The notes under the pieces were generated by a model that saw only the letters and a program-made list of their open reading frames with translations, searched no databases and was not told the origin of the DNA. Positions 9,994-17,335 of a stretch of 33,568 nt of DNA are shown piece after piece. The position numbers and the translations under genes are program-made. The first letter of the stretch is position 1. Every line of letters begins with the position of its first letter. Where the stretch lies: NCBI GenBank assembly GCA_038134595.1, contig JAYPVM010000002.1, positions 134,987 through 168,554 of the forward strand, in the 5' to 3' direction. This DNA comes from Pseudomonadota bacterium. GTDB lineage: Bacteria > Bdellovibrionota_C > UBA2361 > OMII01.

Positions 9994-10085
9994 AATTAGT
10001 AATCAGTCCAGAGTGGCTTCAGGACCTCCTAAAAAAGTGGGGTGTTTTGTCATCGGGTGAATTAAAAATTGTGGGGAGATCAGCT

Positions 10086-10394
10086 ATGTCATCATCTATT
10101 TCGTTAAAATCTTTGTCATCTGGGGCCTTGGGTATTGCAACTGGCACGTCAAAGCTGCTCCGTGCGCTCCCTACGCCAAAAAACACTGCAGCAAGTTTCG
10201 GTCAGAACCTTGTCTCTACTGGGCTTAATGTCGCTTCGGAGCTCGTGTCTGGAGGCGATTTAAGTTTGACAGATTTACTTAATACTCAGATCCAAGTGCA
10301 ACGGGAGATGCAGGTGATTTCGATGGCATCGAACGTTTCTAAATCCGAGCATGAGATGAGTATGGCGCCGATACGGAATCTACGCTTGAGTTAA
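10086..10394 (+). CDS. Small T3SS needle/inner-rod-like (SctF/SctI-like) protein, putative
   Basis: 102 aa with Ser/Gly/Ala-rich N-terminus and C-terminal LLNTQIQVQREMQVISMASNVSKSEHEMSMAPIRNLR, resembling the needle-subunit pattern LL..Q..........SN..K...d....ii.N; GGGGAG RBS before ATG 10086. Confidence 0.55.
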   Translation: MSSSISLKSLSSGALGIATGTSKLLRALPTPKNTAASFGQNLVSTGLNVASELVSGGDLSLTDLLNTQIQVQREMQVISMASNVSKSEHEMSMAPIRNLRLS

Positions 10395-10403
10395 ATTTTG
10401 AGT

Positions 10404-10444
10404 GGCGGGGTGGGTTAGATACAGAGCGTATATCTCACCCCGCC
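10404..10444 (+). other. GC-rich intergenic hairpin without U-tract
   Basis: GGCGGGGTGGG (10404-10414) pairs with CTCACCCCGCC (10434-10444) with one G-U; inner ATAC/GTAT stem. Confidence 0.55.
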
Positions 10445-10484
10445 GATGTTCGGTTTGTACAGCGTGGATGATTGAGGGAGGCGT

Positions 10485-12350
10485 GTGATAACGAAAAGTT
10501 TCAAAGAGGTGGTAGTACCCCTGGGGCTCTTACTGGTTGTAGGATGTATGATCATTCCCCTTCCGGAGGTGATGCTTGATATTCTTTTGTGTTCAAATCT
10601 GCTCTTTGCGTTACTACTAGTTATTGGTGCGCTCCATATCAAAAATCCCTTGAAAGTAGCGACACTTCCCTCTTTGTTGCTAATGGCAACACTGTGGAGG
10701 TTGTCGCTTAATTTGGCGACGACCCGAGCGGTCTTAAGTAGCGGTAGAGCCGGACAGACGGTAGAGGCGTTTGGAGGGATCGTTATTCAGGGAAGTGTTG
10801 TTGTAGGATTTGTTCTCTTTGTTCTTATTACCCTGATACAGTTTATTGTGGTCGCAAAAGGGGCTGAGCGTGTAGCTGAAGTTTCTGCGCGGTTTACCTT
10901 GGATGCGATGCCTGGAAAACAAATGGCAATAGATGCTGAGCTTCGGAGCGGAACGCTCGACCCAGAATCTGCGCGAAAACGTCGGGTAGACGTGCAGATG
11001 GAGTCCCGTTTTTACGGTGCCCTCGATGGCGCTATGAAGTTTGTCAAGGGAGATGCAATCGCAGGGCTTGTAATTGCATTGGTTAATATTGTTGGCGGAC
11101 TTGCGGTAGGAGTGGCGATACATGAACTTGAATTTGGTGTCGCGGTTCGTCGCTACACAGTACTTACAATTGGAGATGGACTGCTCTCGCAGATTCCGTC
11201 ACTCTTAAACTCTGTTGCCGCCGGACTGATAGTAACACGGGTTCAGGTCAATGAATCATCGACACTTGCGGCAGATTTGCTCCGACAGCTCGGGCAGTTT
11301 CGCACTGCGCGCATGTTTGTAGGTGGTGCTGCCGCAATTTTGGGTTTTGTCCCTGGTATGCCGCATGTTGTTTTGCTCGGCGTCAGTGCGCTATTGCTCG
11401 GCTCTCTTGCACTTCCTGAGGCTTCAGAAGATCAGGAGCCGGTCAGTAAGCAGATGCCATTTGAGCCAACACTTTCAAACTCAGTGCAAATAGAATTTAA
11501 CAAGGAGATCGTCCCGAAGCTTCCGCAATTTGCCGAAGTTGGAGCGATTGTTGAGAAGATTCGAGAGTATGCTTTCGTAAAATGGGGGCTTGTAATACAG
11601 CGTCCCGGATTAGGCATTTGGATGAAGCCGGAGGCGCATTATCGAGTTCTTATTCGGGGCATGGAGGTGTTTCGGTGTGAAGACTTACCGGACGACTCCG
11701 AAATTTGGAGTGAATTAAACGCTGAGGTGTTACGAATTATTGATCAGTACAAGGTCGATCTTATTGATGATGGCGCGACACGTAGAGCGTTGGACTACGT
11801 CGAGCGCGATATCCCTGATTTAGTTACGGGAGTTGTACCAGAGGTTGTATCGCTGACACGTTTAACGTCTTTGCTTAGAGCGCTTTTACGGGAGGAGATT
11901 ACAACAAAACATTTGGATGTAATCTTGCAGACACTTGCTGAATTTGGCGGGAAGCTAAACGATCGACAGTTGCTTGCAGAGATTAGAATCGCACTGGCGC
12001 CGGTTGTTAGTGCTCGGGTCGCGAAGGGAAATACAATTCACGCCACGGTAGTTGAACCAGTTATCGATCTTGTCTTGGGTAGAGCCGAAGAGGAGGGGTC
12101 GTTAGTTTCTGGAGAGTTAGTGGAGTTAATTTGCGATCAGGTGCAAAGGCAGATGTCTGGAGAGGGGCTTATTCTAGTGGCGTCGAAGCGGGCGCGTGCG
12201 TATCTTCGAGATCTGGTTAGAGTACGATGGAATTCTATTCCAGTAATTGCGCATGAAGAGATCGCTCCCCGTTTTGCCTTGGCATCAGCAGGGGATATTC
12301 AAGTTGAGAATGATGAAATGCGACAAAATTTAGTGGAGTCGATTATGTGA
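10485..12350 (+). CDS. sctV: Type III secretion export gate protein, FHIPEP family (SctV/FlhA)
   Basis: GAERVAEVSARFTLDAMPGKQMAIDAEL, FYGALDGAMKFVKGDAIAG, YTVLTIGDGLLSQIPSLL; multiple TMs; GGGAGG RBS. Called sctV rather than flhA from context (SctJ-type ring, no flagellar rod/hook genes). Confidence 0.9.
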   Translation: MITKSFKEVVVPLGLLLVVGCMIIPLPEVMLDILLCSNLLFALLLVIGALHIKNPLKVATLPSLLLMATLWRLSLNLATTRAVLSSGRAGQTVEAFGGIVIQGSVVVGFVLFVLITLIQFIVVAKGAERVAEVSARFTLDAMPGKQMAIDAELRSGTLDPESARKRRVDVQMESRFYGALDGAMKFVKGDAIAGLVIALVNIVGGLAVGVAIHELEFGVAVRRYTVLTIGDGLLSQIPSLLNSVAAGLIVTRVQVNESSTLAADLLRQLGQFRTARMFVGGAAAILGFVPGMPHVVLLGVSALLLGSLALPEASEDQEPVSKQMPFEPTLSNSVQIEFNKEIVPKLPQFAEVGAIVEKIREYAFVKWGLVIQRPGLGIWMKPEAHYRVLIRGMEVFRCEDLPDDSEIWSELNAEVLRIIDQYKVDLIDDGATRRALDYVERDIPDLVTGVVPEVVSLTRLTSLLRALLREEITTKHLDVILQTLAEFGGKLNDRQLLAEIRIALAPVVSARVAKGNTIHATVVEPVIDLVLGRAEEEGSLVSGELVELICDQVQRQMSGEGLILVASKRARAYLRDLVRVRWNSIPVIAHEEIAPRFALASAGDIQVENDEMRQNLVESIM

Positions 12351-12363
12351 CGGCACCGCGCCG

Positions 12364-12396
12364 TTAGGAAACTTTTTTGATGTTTTCGCGATTACC
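12364..12396 (+). promoter_or_regulatory. Candidate alternative-sigma promoter, copy 3 (GAAACTT-N14-CGATTACC)
   Basis: TTAGGAAACTT ttttgatgttttcg CGATTACC in the short gap between sctV and the TPR gene; flanks nearly identical to copy 1. Confidence 0.6.
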
Positions 12397-12410
12397 AGAT
12401 AGGAGTGGGG

Positions 12411-12965
12411 ATGATGATGAAGTACGGGGCTGTAAAATTGGTTACACTCGTTGCGGTGGTGGTAAGTGGATGTTTTAGTGCTGGTGTATCGTCTGAGAGG
12501 TGGGAGCGAGCGACTGACCTGGTTCAGGATGGTACGGTGGCATTAGAGCAGGGACGCTTTGACGAGGCTGAAGTCGCCTACTCTATGGCGTGGGATCTGG
12601 CGAAATTGGCTAGTGCCGTTGATGGTAAGGGGTGTGTGGCGCTTGTTCGAGGAGATTTAGTGGGAGCGGAGCGGTATTTTAAGCAGGCTCTTGACGTCGA
12701 TGGGGGGTATTCGCATGCCTTAGGGAACTTAGCCTTACTGCGCGACCTGCAGGGAAGAGTTGAAGAGGCTAAAAGACTGTATAAGCAGGCACTTAGCGAT
12801 GAGCCTGAGAATACAGATGTAAGAAACAATTTAGCTGTACTTGAGTATGAGGACCAAGGTAGTACACTTGGAGCGTTACGAGAGCTACGGAAAGCTGGAC
12901 TGTTAAAGAATGAAGGTGTGATTAAGGACAATATTGCACTACTCTCTTTGTACGATGGAAAGTAG
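12411..12965 (+). CDS. TPR-repeat lipoprotein (PilF/TadD pilotin-like)
   Basis: Lipobox VVSGC; TPR motifs AERYFKQALDVD, ALGNLALL, AKRLYKQALSDEPENTDVRNNLA; AGGAG RBS before ATG 12411. Confidence 0.8.
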   Translation: MMMKYGAVKLVTLVAVVVSGCFSAGVSSERWERATDLVQDGTVALEQGRFDEAEVAYSMAWDLAKLASAVDGKGCVALVRGDLVGAERYFKQALDVDGGYSHALGNLALLRDLQGRVEEAKRLYKQALSDEPENTDVRNNLAVLEYEDQGSTLGALRELRKAGLLKNEGVIKDNIALLSLYDGK

Positions 12966-13079
12966 TTTAGCCGATAGTGATGCGTCCTTGGAATGTTTAT
13001 TAGTTACGTAGTTTGATATGCTGCTCACTCTGTCGGTTTTTTGGGGTGAGGATGTACGTTTGAGTAAGGGAATAATGCG

Positions 13080-13421
13080 ATGAAGAAGAGAGCTGTTCAG
13101 TTTAAGCCGGAGAGATCCAACGAGGAGACAAAAACCAAACGGGTGATTGATAACGCTCCGAGCGCTTCGACGACGTCAGAAGCCCAAGGTCGTGATGCAA
13201 GCGAGTCGCTATCAGGTCAGGATACTCAAGGGGACCCTTTTGGAGGTCAAGTCTTTGAGTCAGAGGAGGGTGCAATTAATTTTCTCCTTGAATCGGTTGT
13301 GCGGCGGTTAGGAAGTGATACTCCCGAGGGCGCAGACATGCATGATTTTCTAGATATGGTGCTTGAGAGTGATCCTACACTCCGTGATGAATTACTTGCC
13401 GGCGCAACAATTCGGAAATAA
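13080..13421 (+). CDS. Hypothetical protein
   Basis: 113 aa ORF with AAGGGA RBS, low-complexity N-terminus and acidic helical C-terminus; same strand as the T3SS cluster. Confidence 0.65.
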   Translation: MKKRAVQFKPERSNEETKTKRVIDNAPSASTTSEAQGRDASESLSGQDTQGDPFGGQVFESEEGAINFLLESVVRRLGSDTPEGADMHDFLDMVLESDPTLRDELLAGATIRK

Positions 13422-13501
13422 ACTCATATTGAGGTGGTTGTTCCCGAGAGTTTTTTCTTCGGTAGGCTATTTCTGATAGATTATTTTCGATAGATTGTAC
13501 T

Positions 13502-14248
13502 ATGGCCGAGGAAAACCAAGAGCACAGAGCGGGTATTAGTCGTGTTCTTATTGCTGATCTTGATCCTGATTACCAAGTGATATTTGCAAGTTTAGTTGCG
13601 GTTCTTGGAGAAACCCCTGTTGTTGTAGGGAGCTCTGAGGAAGCTGTAGAGAGAGCTCGAGAGGGAGACATTGACCTTGCGATACTAGATGCCACTATGC
13701 CTAGTATGGATAGCCTTTCAGTTTGTCAGCAAATCAAAGGTGTTTATCCCGGGGGCTTTATTCCTGTTTTAATGATTGCTTCGGAGGAGGTGATTCGAGA
13801 TAAGGTTCGTGCGCTTGGAGAGGGAGCTGATGATTTTATCTCAAAGCCATTCATCTACGAGGAGTTGCAGGCGAGGATAGAGGCGTTGCTTAGAATTCGG
13901 CGCTTACATGACCGGTTACATCGGGCCAATAAAGAACTGCAAGCGATGCAGGAGCAGCTCGTCAAGCAAGAGCGACAGTCTGCCGTTGGGCAGTTAGCGG
14001 CAGCGGCGGCGCATCAGCTTGGACAACCTTTGTCAGCGATTCTTCTCAATTGCTTTATGTTAGAGCAAACTGAAAAAACTGATCCGAAGTTTTCTGAGGC
14101 GCTTGGAGCAATAAAGGCCGATGTTTCAAGGATGAGCGATATGATTGACCGCTTGCGTACTGCTCGTGCTGATAGTACCGCTTCTTATGTTGAAAGTGCA
14201 GAGATGCTCGATATGGAAACGGTCGCTTCAGAGGGTGATGAAGAGTAA
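13502..14248 (+). CDS. Receiver domain + coiled coil + HisKA-like dimerisation domain, no HATPase domain
   Basis: DLAILDATMP, GADDFISKPF, EELQARIEALLRIRRL, VGQLAAAAAHQLGQPLSAI H-box; protein ends about 75 aa after the His. Confidence 0.85.
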   Translation: MAEENQEHRAGISRVLIADLDPDYQVIFASLVAVLGETPVVVGSSEEAVERAREGDIDLAILDATMPSMDSLSVCQQIKGVYPGGFIPVLMIASEEVIRDKVRALGEGADDFISKPFIYEELQARIEALLRIRRLHDRLHRANKELQAMQEQLVKQERQSAVGQLAAAAAHQLGQPLSAILLNCFMLEQTEKTDPKFSEALGAIKADVSRMSDMIDRLRTARADSTASYVESAEMLDMETVASEGDEE

Positions 14249-14250
14249 GT

Positions 14251-14673
14251 TTAGGAAGCGCTCTTAAAAACAAACTTTTTCATGCCGATGAAGTTAACAG
14301 CCGCTGAGGCAAAAGCGGCGATTACAAAGCTTGTGTTAATACCAAATTCGCCCCGCCCAAATACCATCAGGCCTAACTCATTCATAATTAGATTCATGCC
14401 CATGGTAAAGGTGTAGACGAGAACAAACCCTATTACCTGCTCGAAGTTAGAGTTTCCATGCTTGAAGGTGAAAGTGCGGTTCATGAAGAACGAATACACG
14501 GTGCCAGAGATAAACCCAATAGCCTTGGCAGTGGCAACTCCTACGGTTAGCCACATAAGGATTCTGTATAAAATGAAGTCGACCATGACGGCACTACAGC
14601 CGACAACAAAAAACCTGGCCGCTTGTCCTCTGGTTGATTGTGTTGATACAAATCGATTGAATAAGTGCTTCAT
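14251..14673 (-). CDS. GtrA family membrane protein
   Basis: QAARFFVVG...VDF, SFFMNRTFTF, VNFIGMKKFVF; 140 aa, four hydrophobic segments. Confidence 0.9.
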   Translation of the reverse strand: MKHLFNRFVSTQSTRGQAARFFVVGCSAVMVDFILYRILMWLTVGVATAKAIGFISGTVYSFFMNRTFTFKHGNSNFEQVIGFVLVYTFTMGMNLIMNELGLMVFGRGEFGINTSFVIAAFASAAVNFIGMKKFVFKSAS

Positions 14674-14859
14674 TGCTCGACAAGGCTCACTCAGGTCGGT
14701 TCACTCCGTAGTGTACCGTACCGTAATTTCGGTCGGACGCCAAGAGCGTGTATCCTCATTTTTCACACCACGGGCCGCTTTTGTTGGAACGTCGTAACGG
14801 GTGCTGATTGAATATGCCGTCGGTAAGGAGCGATTCGTCGCTCTAGAGGGGCTTTAAAA

Positions 14860-15816
14860 TTAGGTGTTTTGATGGGCGCGACGTATCAGATTCCAGTAGT
14901 AGCGATAAGAAGCCCTGTCGTGTAGGCGACCGTTATGCTCAATCGGCCCCCAAGAGGCCTGCTCTGCGTGCTCTAGTATTTCAATAGCCTGGTTGATTTC
15001 GTCTGCTTCCGGAAGCATTCCGTTAATAATTGGCTCAATCTGAGAGGGATGAATGCTCCACATACGCATAAATCCATATTCAGTACGAGCCGTGTGTGCA
15101 TCGTGGTAGGTTTGTTCGGTGTTGCGAAACTCAATTGTGACGTTGTGAGATGGTATTATGACGTTTTGAAGTGCGGTGAGTGCGATACGGGTTTTTGTCG
15201 CTCGTAAAAGGGGGTGGCGAAATTGCTCTGGAGACCGCATGGCTGAGTCTGAGATGACACCGTCGCATTGTGATATGTAATCCATAAGACCGAAATCAAA
15301 GGTCTCAATGTGCGGTAGTCTGGCGATCGCATCAAGTTCGTTTAGGGCTTCATGGGTTTCAATGAGAAGATGAAACGGGATTGGTCTTTGTAGTTTGGCT
15401 TCGCTTGAGTAATGTTGTACAAGCCCACGAGCCCATGCGACCTCTCGAGTGGAGCTAACCTTTGGGATGGTGATATAGCGAATTTTGTCACCAGCTTTTG
15501 TAATCAGGGTTTCGAGATCTTTGACAGCATGTTCCGATGATAATGGATGGATTCTAATGCCTGCTTGATTCTGTGTGTTGTGTTTTGAGTGAAGTAGTTC
15601 AACAAAGGCATCTCTTAGCGTGTCTTCCTCTCCCACTGGCGCACCGTCTTCGAGGTCAAGTGTTAGATCAACAAGACATTGTTTCGCGCTGTTGGTAAAG
15701 CGCTCTTGGAGTGAGAAGGCTTTAAGGATAAACCGCGCATTACCGGCAATGTGCTCGCACGGAGCAATGATAGGAAGGGTGTTGAAACTTTCTAAAGGGG
15801 GCGTGGGGGTCTTCAT
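14860..15816 (-). CDS. HpcH/HpaI aldolase / citrate lyase beta-subunit (CitE-like) family protein
   Basis: LDLEDGA, YITIPKV, LLIETH, DFGLMDY, GFMRMWSIHPSQI, LHDRASYRYYW. Confidence 0.88.
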   Translation of the reverse strand: MKTPTPPLESFNTLPIIAPCEHIAGNARFILKAFSLQERFTNSAKQCLVDLTLDLEDGAPVGEEDTLRDAFVELLHSKHNTQNQAGIRIHPLSSEHAVKDLETLITKAGDKIRYITIPKVSSTREVAWARGLVQHYSSEAKLQRPIPFHLLIETHEALNELDAIARLPHIETFDFGLMDYISQCDGVISDSAMRSPEQFRHPLLRATKTRIALTALQNVIIPSHNVTIEFRNTEQTYHDAHTARTEYGFMRMWSIHPSQIEPIINGMLPEADEINQAIEILEHAEQASWGPIEHNGRLHDRASYRYYWNLIRRAHQNT

Positions 15817-15867
15817 TGAGTGGAGGCTCCTTCCAATAGGGGATGGGAACGTTTAAATCATGACTAG

Positions 15868-16049
15868 CAGAGTGGTGAAAGATGATTTCCTGCTGCACAT
15901 TTCGATAGTTCGACTGCAACTAGGTTGGAGCCGCCGAAAAAATCCTTGAACGTATCTCAGTGGATACGCCTCCGGTTTTTTCGTCGTCTCCCCCTCGTTT
16001 CGTCAAAACTCTCAAAATGTTCACGACGGAACCTTTTTTCACCATCCTG
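15868..16049. mobile_element. MITE-like palindromic element with imperfect terminal inverted repeats
   Basis: Left end CAGAGTGGTGAAAGA vs right end (reverse complement) CAGGATGGTGAAAAA; flanked by CTAG (15864-67) and CTTG (16050-53); nested arms ACATTT/AAATGT, GGAG/CTCC, CGAAAAAA/TTTTTTCG, CGTATC/GATACG. Confidence 0.6.
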
Positions 16050-16123
16050 CTTGATAATAACAGTTGTTGATGGCTTCCGGTAGAGAGTGGTAGCCTTGGG
16101 CGTCAATGGTATAAGGAGCACTC

Positions 16124-16597
16124 ATGGAAATCTTAAAAAAAGGCGAAAAAGCCCCGCAGTTTTCTCTAAAAGATAAGGATGGAAACGTGTATCGGCTAAA
16201 AGATACCTCAAGTGAGTATACAGTTTTGTTTTTTTATCCAAAGGATAGCACTCCGGGCTGCACTATTGAAGCAAAGGAGTTTTCGGAAGCAGTGGCTACG
16301 TTTAATCGCCGCAAGATTAGACTCATCGGGATCTCTGGTGGAGACCAAAAGTCGAAGACGAAGTTTTGTGAAAAACATGAGCTCAAGGTGGCTTTAGTGT
16401 CTGATTCAGACTTTGCAGTGAGTACGGCCTACGGTGTATACGGTGAGAAGAAATTTATGGGTCGGGTTTTTGATGGGATTCATCGCACAACCTTTATCAT
16501 TAACAAGGCGGGCAAAATCCTACACGTCTTTGAGAAGGTGAAGCCGGCAGGACATGCTGATGAGGTTTTGGGCGTGATTAAGTCACTACGACAGTAG
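16124..16597 (+). CDS. bcp: Thioredoxin-dependent peroxiredoxin Bcp/PrxQ
   Basis: VLFFYPKDSTPGCTIEA peroxidatic Cys motif, YGVYGEKKFMG, RTTFII, GHADEVL; AAGGAG RBS. Confidence 0.95.
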   Translation: MEILKKGEKAPQFSLKDKDGNVYRLKDTSSEYTVLFFYPKDSTPGCTIEAKEFSEAVATFNRRKIRLIGISGGDQKSKTKFCEKHELKVALVSDSDFAVSTAYGVYGEKKFMGRVFDGIHRTTFIINKAGKILHVFEKVKPAGHADEVLGVIKSLRQ

Positions 16598-16639
16598 TTC
16601 GGACTCGATGATTTAATTGAAGGGCCTACCGGGTGATGA

Positions 16640-17326
16640 TTAGGTGTCCTCAGGTGTAGTGGTCATATCCTGTGTAAGGCACGAGGTGACACGTTGCAAG
16701 AGCTCGTCACTGTAGTAAAAATCAGGCCTACGGTCTGTTAGACCTACCGTACTACTGGTCTCCCACATGTCATGCCTTGTTGTAAACACAGTTGAGCTCC
16801 CGTACCAGAGTGTGGTGCCACTTGCTACTTCGATGATTTTTGTGTGAACTGTCCATGTATCGAGGCGATATAGAGGTTCCATGTAGCCCACCACAATCAT
16901 GTCGTAGCCTGCATCACGTCCGTACGCCAATGCTCTAAAATTTCCGGCGAAAAACTCTTCTTTTTTTCGCGGCCAGTCCTCACGATTAAGAACTTCAATG
17001 ATTGGAAACACTTCAGTAGCTAGAAGTTTTCGCTGAACTGCCCATGCGAGCTTGTTTCCAAGGCCAGGCATTTGGGCGCTCCGATTGGAAAGATTTGCCG
17101 GAACTGAGAATGGAATTACCCCGACGCGAACTGGGCTTTTAGCTGTAAAGCGTTGATTTATATAGCCTTCGATGTCGGTCTTTACGTAAGCACGAGTTTT
17201 GCACCACTCTCCTACGTGGCGACCTAACAGTGCGCACCCAGAGTTTTGGATTAGGGTCGTCAAAATAATGACACGGAGACAGGTTTTTCGAAGACATGTC
17301 TTTTTGAAGAAGCTAGCTATCTGCAT
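16640..17326 (-). CDS. Putative lipoprotein, CsgG/TolB-N/LpoB-like fold
   Basis: Possible lipobox NSGC; VRVGVIPF, AGYDMIVVG, TKIIEVASGTTLW pattern typical of this fold. Confidence 0.6.
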   Translation of the reverse strand: MQIASFFKKTCLRKTCLRVIILTTLIQNSGCALLGRHVGEWCKTRAYVKTDIEGYINQRFTAKSPVRVGVIPFSVPANLSNRSAQMPGLGNKLAWAVQRKLLATEVFPIIEVLNREDWPRKKEEFFAGNFRALAYGRDAGYDMIVVGYMEPLYRLDTWTVHTKIIEVASGTTLWYGSSTVFTTRHDMWETSSTVGLTDRRPDFYYSDELLQRVTSCLTQDMTTTPEDT

Positions 17327-17335
17327 GAGGTTATT

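Noticed and set aside
6899..12350. Reading the cluster as a flagellar fliA-fliF-fliM-flhA operon
   Set aside because: The ring protein is a roughly 285-aa lipoprotein of SctJ type, and there are no fliG, rod, hook, flhF or motor genes
12951..12977. GCCGATAG sigma-28-like -10 box upstream of 13080
   Set aside because: Neither TAAA nor AACTT occurs at the proper spacing upstream
17273..17302. KTCLR-KTCLR 15-bp tandem duplication in a signal peptide
   Set aside because: Only two imperfect copies; too short to suggest phase variation or an array
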